Source: a virus
Lineage: Duplodnaviria; Caudoviricetes
Direction: 5' to 3' (one strand)
Length of the DNA stretch: 64,000 nt
Virus record (IMG/VR): IMGVR_UViG_2896164284_000005
Span: 38,741 to 102,740 of that record
Shown: positions 46,649 through 55,196 of the stretch, piece after piece
How positions within the stretch are numbered: the first letter of the stretch is position 1
How the letters are laid out: each line of letters opens with the position of its first letter
Program-made: the position numbers and the translations under genes
The notes under the pieces: generated by a model
The model's input: the letters and a program-made list of their open reading frames with translations, nothing else
Database searches by the model: none
What the model was told of the DNA's origin: nothing

Positions 46649-47311
46649 ATGAAAACATTAGGCGAAAGAATTAAAGCTCTTAGAAATCAAATGGGCGTAA
46701 ATCAAAAAGAATTTGCAGAAATGTGTGGTCGTCTTGACTCAAGAGCGCACGCGTGGGGACAATCTCGCATTGGTAATTATGAAACAAATGCAAGAGAGCC
46801 AAGTTTAGAAGACATTGAAATCATGGCTAAAGCCTTAGGTATTGCAGCAGCAGAATTGGCGTTCAGTAACGCACAATTCACCCGAATTATCAAATCTTAT
46901 AAATACCCATTGCTTAGCACCATTCAGGCGGGTAAATTCACCGAAGTAGAACACTTTAACTATGTGGACGAACTAGATCAATACGAACTCATTGATTCGC
47001 AAGTCAAAGCCAGTGCTAATGCCTTTTATTTAAAAATTGCCGGGCAAAGCATGATACCGCGCTTTAACGAGGGCGATATGGTGTTAATTGATCCTGAACT
47101 CAGCCCTAAACCCGGGCAATTTGTCGCGGCAATCAACCCTGACGGCGAAGCCACATTTAAACAATACAAGCAATTAGGCTCAATAGATGACTACGGCAGA
47201 CCGCACTTTAAACTGGTTCCGCTTAATGATAGCTTTCCAACATTAAACAGCCAAGAACACAAAATCCAACTGATCGGCGTCGCCATAGAACATCGGCAAA
47301 TGCTGACTTAG
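46649..47311 (+). CDS. cI: CI repressor (HTH + S24 peptidase)
   Basis: Cleavage site QAG, catalytic GQSM and TFK. Confidence 0.95.
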   Translation: MKTLGERIKALRNQMGVNQKEFAEMCGRLDSRAHAWGQSRIGNYETNAREPSLEDIEIMAKALGIAAAELAFSNAQFTRIIKSYKYPLLSTIQAGKFTEVEHFNYVDELDQYELIDSQVKASANAFYLKIAGQSMIPRFNEGDMVLIDPELSPKPGQFVAAINPDGEATFKQYKQLGSIDDYGRPHFKLVPLNDSFPTLNSQEHKIQLIGVAIEHRQMLT

Positions 47312-47416
47312 TTAGTCCACCAAGCCGGCAACTGAATTTTATTGGGTAGCGGTTGAGCATAGGGGTTATTTGTAGTGTTCAGATATTGCTATTAAAGATT
47401 ACGGAAGGAAAATAAA

Positions 47417-47959
47417 ATGGCTAAAGATGATCTGTTAATTATTCCGCAGAAAGAAATTAATGCGATTATTGAACAACCTAAAATCCTGAATATGCGGTTT
47501 GCAAAATGGATACCAAAGCAGGATAATCAACCAGCACCGCAATGGTTGGAATTGAAATTGGTGTTCCTTGATACTGAAGATATACCTATCCCTTATCTAA
47601 AATTTCATATTCAATATAGACCACCAAGAAGAGAGTTTTTACTTCCATCAATTAATATCTTAGCCCTGTACAAAGGGCGTAGAATATTAGCCGTTGATCA
47701 AGGGCAAGGTATAGGGCATTCAAATTCTTACATTGATGTTCACCCTATACCTCCAAGCCGTGTAGATGGGGCGCATTATCACTTGCTTCATGAAAAACAT
47801 AATCAAGAGACAGGTTATCCACTCGAAATTCCGTTTGACAAGCAAAGTGATATTTCGTATTTTTTATATATTTTCACAAGCTTATTTAATGTAAATCTTA
47901 TCGGTGATTTACCTCACCCAACACAACAAGACGTAAGCCAAATGGAGTTATCGCTATGA
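47417..47959 (+). CDS. Hypothetical protein, partner of DUF1828/1829 gene
   Basis: GHSN..G.HYH motif; ATGA overlap with next gene. Confidence 0.7.
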   Translation: MAKDDLLIIPQKEINAIIEQPKILNMRFAKWIPKQDNQPAPQWLELKLVFLDTEDIPIPYLKFHIQYRPPRREFLLPSINILALYKGRRILAVDQGQGIGHSNSYIDVHPIPPSRVDGAHYHLLHEKHNQETGYPLEIPFDKQSDISYFLYIFTSLFNVNLIGDLPHPTQQDVSQMELSL

Positions 47960-48714
47960 TGTGCAATACAGTATTGTCAAATCTAGGGTATAAGTGCCAA
48001 TCATTGGCAGACGACTTTACTCAGATTACCACCCCTTTTACGCTAAATGACGGATCTTTTATTACGTTATTTATCGAACAATACGGCTCTGATCACTTCT
48101 TAGTGACTGATGATGCTCAAACACTAATGAATATTAGTGCAAGAGGCGTAAATCTAAGCAATAAGAGAATTCAACAAATAGCACAACAGGTTAAACGGAA
48201 TGGCGTGTCATTAAATGAACGTGGAGAATTAGCGGTCTATTCAACGCAGCAAAATCTTGCTAACAGCTTAAATTTGCTTACACAGAATGCGATCATTTCT
48301 TCTCAATTATCGTCTGATTGGTTTAAGCTTCCAGAAGTTGATAATTTTGAAAAAACAGTAAAAACGGAATTTAAGAGATTTAATTTTCCTAATCAATTAA
48401 GCTTAAGTTTCGATAACAAAATCATAGGGGCAAGCGGTCATGAAATATCCGTACCAATTAGCCTGACTGGAAACGGAAAAAACAAGTTAATATTCACCAC
48501 AAGCATTAATAGCTCAAGAAGTTGGGCTGGAGCATATGGCATTCTTGGCAAAATGATTGATCTTTCAGAAAACAGCGATAACCAGCACTACATTGTTGTA
48601 GATAATGACTTAAACTCACAACAATTTAATGAAATATCATTACTATTCAACGATCAAGCTATGGTGCTACCTTTCTCTAAAAAAGAAACATGGCTTGAAA
48701 GATTAGCAAATTAG
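47956..48714 (+). CDS. DUF1828/DUF1829-like protein
   Basis: ITTPFT..DG..I..VTDD..TL; I.GASG..; LPFS.K. Confidence 0.7.
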   Translation: MMCNTVLSNLGYKCQSLADDFTQITTPFTLNDGSFITLFIEQYGSDHFLVTDDAQTLMNISARGVNLSNKRIQQIAQQVKRNGVSLNERGELAVYSTQQNLANSLNLLTQNAIISSQLSSDWFKLPEVDNFEKTVKTEFKRFNFPNQLSLSFDNKIIGASGHEISVPISLTGNGKNKLIFTTSINSSRSWAGAYGILGKMIDLSENSDNQHYIVVDNDLNSQQFNEISLLFNDQAMVLPFSKKETWLERLAN

Positions 48715-48909
48715 TCAATAACCGCCCCTCGTGGCGGTTTTCTTTTATCTCTCCTATCTCTCCGACATTTATGTCGGAAACATCACACCAAGCGGCCTAA
48801 TCCCATCGGACTTTTACAAAATCATCTTCCCAATATGATAAATATGCTCAAAAAACAAGCAATCAAACAAAAATCTTAAAATTTATTTTCTTTTAAAATC
48901 ATTCATTTA

Positions 48910-49024
48910 AACACTTATTGTGATTATTTAATTAAAAATATCACATTTTGTTATTTACATTTAAATCACTTTGCGTGATAATAACCCCATCAAAACGAGA
49001 TACACATAATCTCAACGCTCTTTA
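48910..49024 (+). promoter_or_regulatory. OL operators, pL promoter and boxA
   Basis: ATCAC-N5-GTGAT-like sites at 48910, 48940, 48965; TTTACA-17-GATAAT (48954-48982); CGCTCTTTA at 49016. Confidence 0.75.
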
Positions 49025-49094
49025 AAAATTTGAAACAGGTTAGTGATGGGTAAAAAAATAGCTACTCATTTGAGTAGCTATTAAAAATCACTTT

Positions 49095-49637
49095 TTAGGT
49101 GGTGGGGTTGGTTTCTTCGGGTGGTAACTTTCTGTCGCAGGTGTTGGTTCCGTCATTGAATTTTTCTCCGCAAAATTTAGCGATAAATGATTGATAACAA
49201 CTTAATTTAGTTTCATCCACTAGCTCAAGCTGGATAGCTGCACGTTTAAATGCAATGTCCGCAAAAGCACCAGATATGTAGTTATTAATTGAATTAGTAT
49301 CTAGTAAAGCTTCAGCGAGTTCGTCATTGGTCATTTTAGAGTAACGATGAATTAAAGCTGAATAACGGTCTGCACCAATACGAGCAGAAACCGCTTTTTC
49401 ACCGAAACGATAAACCAATGATAACGCACTCAACATAGCCAACACCACACCGATAATGATATTTACATTAACGTTTGGAACATAACGGCTTAAATCACCA
49501 ATAATAGCTGATGATAGTAAAAGCTGAATAACCGTAAAAAGGTTATTTAAACGAACATTACAGTGATAGAAAAGATTTTCTAAATTGTAGCTGTAATATA
49601 ACTTAAATACTAAATCACTTCGGGTTTTATCTTCCAT
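49095..49637 (-). CDS. SLATT-like 2-TM protein
   Basis: Helix-TM-TM-helix layout, LVYRFGEKA..Y..L pattern. Confidence 0.6.
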   Translation of the reverse strand: MEDKTRSDLVFKLYYSYNLENLFYHCNVRLNNLFTVIQLLLSSAIIGDLSRYVPNVNVNIIIGVVLAMLSALSLVYRFGEKAVSARIGADRYSALIHRYSKMTNDELAEALLDTNSINNYISGAFADIAFKRAAIQLELVDETKLSCYQSFIAKFCGEKFNDGTNTCDRKLPPEETNPTT

Positions 49638-49647
49638 TTTTAATTTC

Positions 49648-49716
49648 TCATCTTGGTTTCGGTGGTGGAGTCGGTCTCGGCGGAACGTGCCCCCTCTCCT
49701 CTCTTTCTCTCTTCAT
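49648..49716 (-). CDS. 22-aa Pro-rich peptide
   Basis: GAGGA RBS; MKREREERGHVPPRPTPPPKPR; own promoter TTGTTT-17-TATAAT. Confidence 0.55.
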   Translation of the reverse strand: MKREREERGHVPPRPTPPPKPR

Positions 49717-50147
49717 AGTGTTTTCCTCATGAATTATTAGTTGTGGCGAAAGCATTATATTCCTCAAAGTTGTGGCAAACAAGAGGGCTTGAGCCTTACA
49801 AGTATAAAGAAAGGCGCTCATCACTAACCTGTTTCGAGTTTTAGACAATTTGGTAAAAAAACACTCTAGCGTACTGCCGTTCGTGAGAACCGCCAGCGTT
49901 AAGTAGACATCCTTAACCCGATTAGAGTGATGAAATGTCGTAATCAGCGATAGTGAGGCAGTGAATCCACACGGTAACGGCATTTTAACAGGAACCACAT
50001 TTTTTGGTCTGTTTTTTAGTTGGTAAAAATGAAAAAGCAACAGACAGCAAACGTCAGCTAAAGACGTGACAGCTTGGAGAGACAGCTTACATTTCAAAGC
50101 GCATTTGCGAGTGCGTTTTGAAATATTAATTAAGAGAGATTTAGAAT

Positions 50148-50372
50148 ATGGAAGAACAAAAGAATTTGAATTTTGCAATTACAAGAGAAAGCCTGTCTGG
50201 TGAAGATAAATTTTACATTAAACAGGCTGTACTTAAAGCTGTAGAGAATGGTTTTTCAGACCCGGAAATGCTTGCATCAAGATGTTGTTCGGCAATTGAA
50301 ATAATCAATAAAAGCGGAATAAATACAGGAATTGGAAGTTGTGGAACTACTTCCACCACTGTTCCTGAATAA
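50148..50372 (+). CDS. Phage hypothetical protein
   Basis: 74-aa ORF in the pL transcript. Confidence 0.55.
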   Translation: MEEQKNLNFAITRESLSGEDKFYIKQAVLKAVENGFSDPEMLASRCCSAIEIINKSGINTGIGSCGTTSTTVPE

Positions 50373-50391
50373 ACAATTCACAGTCACAAAT

Positions 50392-50493
50392 GCTAGGCTT
50401 GCTAATATTGGCTACAGGGCGGAGTTTATACCTCCGTAAAGCAATCAGCAGATAACTGATGTAATGTAGGTTCGATTCCTACGCCTAGCACCA
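50392..50493 (+). tRNA. Atypical tRNA-Ile-like gene (102 nt)
   Basis: Acceptor GCTAGGC/GCCTAGC-A-CCA, canonical T arm, two 5-bp/7-nt hairpins centred on TAT and GAT. Confidence 0.6.
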
Positions 50494-50495
50494 CC

Positions 50496-50572
50496 GACCG
50501 CATAGTTCAATCGGATAGAGCAACTGCCTTCTAAGCAGTGAGTTGAGAGTTCGAGTCTCTCTGCGGTCGCCA
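50496..50572 (+). tRNA. tRNA-Arg(TCT)
   Basis: Canonical cloverleaf, anticodon loop CTTCTAA, encoded CCA. Confidence 0.92.
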
Positions 50573-50574
50573 AC

Positions 50575-50652
50575 GGTCGGATAAGCAAATGTTAAGCTAC
50601 GACATTCCAAATGTCCGAGTGTGCTAGGTTAAATTCCTAGCTCCGACCGCCA
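50575..50652 (+). tRNA. Degenerate tRNA-Trp(CCA)-like gene
   Basis: Acceptor GGTCGGA/TCCGACC-G-CCA, loop TTCCAAA, non-canonical T loop TTAAATT. Confidence 0.55.
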
Positions 50653-51155
50653 ACTTATCACAAAACCGCATTTACAGAGAAACTCAATAGTACGCGTTGA
50701 GAGTGGAATGTTAGACAAGTGCGGTTTTGGATAAGTAAGAAATGACTTATCGCTTGTTGAGCTGAACAAGGTTAAAATTGGCTCAGTTAATTTCATATTA
50801 GTCCACTCACCTTGCTAAGCCTGACAAGGTTAAAAACAGGCTTATTTTCAAAGCGTGTTATTTCTACTTAGGCAATACTCCGTCAAGAATACCACAAAAG
50901 ATTTAGCACGCTTTGAAAACAGCTCTTATCCTTAATTTAGACTTTAGTAATAAATTTTGAATGCAACTTCCGAGAGCTGTTTACTTTTCCTTGGCTTTAA
51001 CCAAGTGCAATTATATGAAACAAAAACAAATAAATCCCATTACTCACCACACAATCATAGCAAAGAACATTGCTTGTCATGGTGTAAAAGCAGATGAAAT
51101 TAAAGATAATGATACTTGCAGTTTAATCCACCATAATCACCAAAAGGAAACCACA

Positions 51156-51365
51156 ATGAACAAATACGAAGCATTAGGACGATATACCAAGACCAAAGAA
51201 ATGGTAGAATACCTGCTTGAAGAAATGAACAACTACGCTAGACTATGCGAAAAGCCTGAATTTCGAATAACAGAAATCCCGATAACAAGCAATGTTATCT
51301 TAGCTCAAAACATCCATTGCAACAGCTCACAGAAGGGCAAACCAACTCAACAATCCGATGGGTAA
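51156..51365 (+). CDS. Phage hypothetical protein (possibly truncated)
   Basis: AAGGA RBS before MNKYEALGRY. Confidence 0.5.
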   Translation: MNKYEALGRYTKTKEMVEYLLEEMNNYARLCEKPEFRITEIPITSNVILAQNIHCNSSQKGKPTQQSDG

Positions 51366-51570
51366 AATCTTCATCAGTCGTATTCATAAATGCGTGAACT
51401 AACTCTTCCACATAATTTGCAACTTGCACCTCAAGTCCTCTTTGTTAATGTGATAGATTAAAGTTTGATCGCAATAATCTTATCACTAGATAAAGAGGAT
51501 TTCATTATGATTGACAACCGCCCCTATTCAAATTAAGTTTAACCATACTCCGACTAAAAAGGAAACCTAA

Positions 51571-51927
51571 ATGAAACGCAACTGGGATTTAATCCGAAAA
51601 ATTTTACTCAAACTTGAAGAAAAGGCAGATAGTACAAGTTGGTTAATGAGTACAGATATTCAAGGTTATGATTTTAAAACCGTCGCTTATCACTACAAAT
51701 TGCTTAAAAATGCCGGAATTATTGAAGCACTTGATATTTCCACAATGGAAGAAGAAAATTTCGCTGCGCTTTCGCTCACTTGGCAAGGTCTCGAGTTCTT
51801 AGACAAAATCCGCAACGACAGCGTATGGAACAAAGTCAAAAGCACAGTCCAAAGCAAAAGCCTTGATTTAAGTTTTGATGTGATTAAGCAAGTGGCAACT
51901 GCGACAATTAGTGCAATGTTGCCGTAG
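51571..51927 (+). CDS. DUF2513-family protein
   Basis: MKRNWDLIRKILL..YH..LL..LTWQG.EFLD.IR. Confidence 0.85.
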   Translation: MKRNWDLIRKILLKLEEKADSTSWLMSTDIQGYDFKTVAYHYKLLKNAGIIEALDISTMEEENFAALSLTWQGLEFLDKIRNDSVWNKVKSTVQSKSLDLSFDVIKQVATATISAMLP

Positions 51928-52054
51928 AGATATTGACACCCACCGCCCTTTGATTTAGGATATATCCACTTTCAACAGAAAGTCGTTTGTCGTTTAATTT
52001 AAAAAAAACTGGATAACAATTTATGGCTTACAGCAATGTAGGCTTTTTATATAT

Positions 52055-52741
52055 ATGAGCATTGGAAAAATGAAATCAATATATACTACGCAATTTGGGG
52101 AGTTTACACTACGATTTGTTCATAAAAATAATGATGTCTATGTTTCAAAATCAGACCTTATCAAAATATTTTATGACTTCTTCCCCAATGATTACAAGGT
52201 ATTTGTTGATAGAATTATTTCTGGCATTCCTGAAATTATCGGCGACAAAAATGATGTATGCTCAGGCATTCTTGGAAAAAGTGAAATTGGTCCAATCATA
52301 CATTTTCACGCTGTAGGAAACTTCCTAGTATCGTATAGAGAACTCATTGATGTTGATAGAGAGATAATAAGAGAAGCGGCTTTTAAAATTAGCACATTTA
52401 CAGATTGGTATATTGCCATTTTATCTCAAGTCGATGAATATTTTGGCAGAACCATAGAGGATTTATTTATGTCAGTAAAACAACGCTTAGATCGCATAAA
52501 TCCACCTTATCTTGTAGAAGTGATGTATGACGTTGAAGACAACGTCCCCTCTTGGATTGGGACTTGCGATAAATTACGCCTTGTGACAGAGGGAAGAACT
52601 TACGAAGATCTGCAAGAACGCGTTTGGGAAATTGTACCTGAAATGCACGAATTGCATGGATACGGTAAAGAAAGCGATAATATCCGAATTTCGTTTATCC
52701 AAACAGAAAGCCACAATGAACATCAGCGTTTGGAGATGTGA
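52055..52741 (+). CDS. Fusion: unknown N-domain + DUF1902/HicB-like antitoxin
   Basis: C-terminal WIGTCD..LVTEG.TYE.L..RV..IVPE; precedes HicA. Confidence 0.7.
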   Translation: MSIGKMKSIYTTQFGEFTLRFVHKNNDVYVSKSDLIKIFYDFFPNDYKVFVDRIISGIPEIIGDKNDVCSGILGKSEIGPIIHFHAVGNFLVSYRELIDVDREIIREAAFKISTFTDWYIAILSQVDEYFGRTIEDLFMSVKQRLDRINPPYLVEVMYDVEDNVPSWIGTCDKLRLVTEGRTYEDLQERVWEIVPEMHELHGYGKESDNIRISFIQTESHNEHQRLEM

Positions 52742-52941
52742 GAATGGGCAGTGGCTACTACGACCAACTCATCAAGGTACTAAAACAACAAGGTTGCTAC
52801 CGATATCGACAAGGAAAAGGCAGCCACGAAATTTGGTTTAGCCCCTTAGTTAATGACACTTTCCCAGTGGCTTATACCATTAAAAACAGACATACCGCCA
52901 ATGGAATTTTAAAACAAGCCGGCATTGAGTTTAAATTCTAA
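52738..52941 (+). CDS. hicA: HicA toxin
   Basis: RQGKGSHEIW..HTANGILKQAGI. Confidence 0.9.
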   Translation: MRMGSGYYDQLIKVLKQQGCYRYRQGKGSHEIWFSPLVNDTFPVAYTIKNRHTANGILKQAGIEFKF

Positions 52942-53030
52942 TTTAACAACCCGCCCCTTCGGATTAAGATTTAACCAAACACAAGCCGCTCCAAACGGCT
53001 TTTTTTGTACCTAAAATTTGGAGAATTATA

Positions 53031-53564
53031 ATGAACTTACCCGACGATTATTTTTTAGATGCTGATGATGAAATGCTTGAATATTTAGAAAAACAAGCCT
53101 TACAGAGTTATGACGATGTAAAAAAATCAAACGAAAACTATCAGGAAAAAGCCTACCGCCTATTAAATTATCTGCTTTTGGGTATTGGTTCTATCTCATT
53201 ACTGCTAATAAACAGCATTGATAAAATACATCCCATTATTATTGTCAATGCCATTTTACTAATGGCGGGTTGGACAATATCCGCATTTATGCTAACTCAT
53301 TATGTTTTATTAAGTAAAATACGACAAATGGGAACAAACATTCCACAAAATCTTTATAACGAATCATTCAAAAACAGCCAAGATAAAAATAAACTTGGCA
53401 TACTAAGACGCTATGAATTACACAACATCAACCAAGCTATTTTAGCTTTGCTTAATACCAATGCTATATATCGGAAATATACTGATAGAGCGATTATGAC
53501 TGCTATCAGCTTGCCGATCTTATTAATGGTGATTAGTTCAAGTTTACTACATTATTTACCCTAA
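53031..53564 (+). CDS. 3-TM membrane protein
   Basis: TM pair plus C-terminal TM; GGAG RBS. Confidence 0.75.
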   Translation: MNLPDDYFLDADDEMLEYLEKQALQSYDDVKKSNENYQEKAYRLLNYLLLGIGSISLLLINSIDKIHPIIIVNAILLMAGWTISAFMLTHYVLLSKIRQMGTNIPQNLYNESFKNSQDKNKLGILRRYELHNINQAILALLNTNAIYRKYTDRAIMTAISLPILLMVISSSLLHYLP

Positions 53565-53690
53565 TTATTTCTTCTTAGGAATATCTACACTATCACCTAC
53601 AAACACTGGATCTGGCTTCTTATAAGCAGGCTGCTGAGGTTTAGATGGGGTTGGTTGTGGTTTTGGTTGAGATGGCTTTTGATTAGACAT
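53565..53690 (-). CDS. 41-aa Pro/Gln/Lys-rich peptide
   Basis: AGGA RBS; MSNQKPSQPKPQPTPSKP..; promoter TTGTTA-17-TATAAT. Confidence 0.55.
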   Translation of the reverse strand: MSNQKPSQPKPQPTPSKPQQPAYKKPDPVFVGDSVDIPKKK

Positions 53691-53885
53691 AACAAATCCT
53701 AATTTATACGTTGTGGTTGTACAAATTATAATCCTTATGCGTTGTGGTAACAAGTAAGGCGAGCTAGCCCCTCGCTAAAAGGGCTATTGACACCGCCCCT
53801 CATTCAGTTTAAACTGCCCCTACTTTCAACAGAAAGTCGGCAAGCCACTTACATAGTGGCTTTTTTTGTATCAAAGGTGGAACAA

Positions 53886-54140
53886 ATGAAAGTGAAAAAA
53901 GAAAATCAAGAGTGGATTAAGCAATATGCCAAAAGCTACGGTATCAGCGAAGAAGAAGCCTTGAATAAACTGATTAGTGAAGTGCGTGAAAACCAAGAAA
54001 CAGCACGAGCAAATATGCAACAAGAAATCATTGAAAGACTACCAAACCTTAATTTTGAACAAATGCGTGAAGTCCGTCAGCTTGTTGAAAAACTGTACCC
54101 AACTTTTTTCCAAGTATTGTCAAAAGCAATAACTAAATAA
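53886..54140 (+). CDS. Small helical protein (RHH-like N-terminus)
   Basis: AGGTGG RBS before MKVKKENQEW. Confidence 0.65.
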   Translation: MKVKKENQEWIKQYAKSYGISEEEALNKLISEVRENQETARANMQQEIIERLPNLNFEQMREVRQLVEKLYPTFFQVLSKAITK

Positions 54141-54261
54141 TTTTTATTGACAAAAACCGCTACAACGGATTAAGATAACCGCACTACTATACAAAGTCGG
54201 TTTTCTCGCTCCGATATAAAGCGTTTTTTTTATGCCTGTAATTTGATGGCATATTCGATCT

Positions 54262-54343
54262 ATGATCGGGTCTAGAGAGCCTAATACAATACCGAAAGGA
54301 AATAAGCTCCGCCGACTTTGTACGGTAGTTGACGCCCGATCAT
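54262..54343 (+). ncRNA. c4-type antisense RNA (prophage B)
   Basis: Stem ATGATCGGG/CCCGATCAT; same CTAATACAATACC..GGAAATA scaffold as 195..273; GACTTTGTA pairs with 54190-98 and 54376-82. Confidence 0.75.
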
Positions 54344-54392
54344 CCCTACTAAGGTTGATCGAATATTAACTAAATTACAAAGGGGCATAAAA

Positions 54393-55100
54393 ATGTCAAA
54401 TAATCAAATCTCAATTTTTAACTTCAAATCTAATCCTGTTCGAGTAGAAATCTTTGAGCAACAACCGCATTTCTGTTTGCTTGATGTATGTAGTGTTTTC
54501 GAAATTCAAAACTCACGTCGGGTACAAAGCGAAATGCTAGATCCACAAGGTGTACGTCAAGCGTACATTTTGGCAAAAGATGAAAAACAACGAAAAACTT
54601 CATTCATCAATGAGCCTAATTTGTATCGAATTATCTTCCGTAGTGAAAAGCCTATTGCGAAAGAATTTCAAAACTGGGTCTTTGAAGAAGTGTTACCGCA
54701 AATTCGCAAGACAGGACAATATAGCGCACAACAACAACTCGCCTTGCCCGAACCCGAGAAAAAATACACGTTCGAGTTTACCGAAAATACTTGCTTACGC
54801 TTTGTGAGTATGTGGTTTGCGCTCTACAACAACCTAGAGCTATTAGGACAACTACACCAACCATTAAGCAATATCGGCTCACATTTCGGTTCAACCGCTT
54901 ACACCCATTACACCGAATATAAAACGATACTCGGCACAATGAAAAGCGTTTTAGAGCCAATGACAAAAGAGTTTAACCCTGACCCTAGAGACGATGCGCA
55001 TTTCTACAAAGCACTCAAAACGCTACGCAGTTATCAATTACAAGGCTTGGCAAAAATCGTAAAACATCCAACGCCACCAACGCGTAAATACGACTTCTAA
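54393..55100 (+). CDS. Bro-N domain antirepressor-like protein
   Basis: FCLLDVC, INEPNLYRIIFRS.KP.A..FQ.WV.EEVLPQIRKTG. Confidence 0.88.
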   Translation: MSNNQISIFNFKSNPVRVEIFEQQPHFCLLDVCSVFEIQNSRRVQSEMLDPQGVRQAYILAKDEKQRKTSFINEPNLYRIIFRSEKPIAKEFQNWVFEEVLPQIRKTGQYSAQQQLALPEPEKKYTFEFTENTCLRFVSMWFALYNNLELLGQLHQPLSNIGSHFGSTAYTHYTEYKTILGTMKSVLEPMTKEFNPDPRDDAHFYKALKTLRSYQLQGLAKIVKHPTPPTRKYDF

Positions 55101-55196
55101 AACCTAATCAAAACCGACCGCACTTTTCCCAACGAAAAACGTGTGGCGGTTTTCTACACCTAAATTTCGACAAATTGAACAAAAAGGAACCGAAAA

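Noticed and set aside
49648-50178. 176-aa minus-strand ORF
   Set aside because: It runs through a promoter and structured RNA region; only the last 22 codons have an RBS
50961-51155. First half of the 134-aa ORF
   Set aside because: No RBS at 50961; a better start is at 51156
51293-51430. 44-aa Cys-containing minus-strand ORF next to a long hairpin
   Set aside because: Plausible RBS but no recognisable family, and it overlaps another ORF; not enough support
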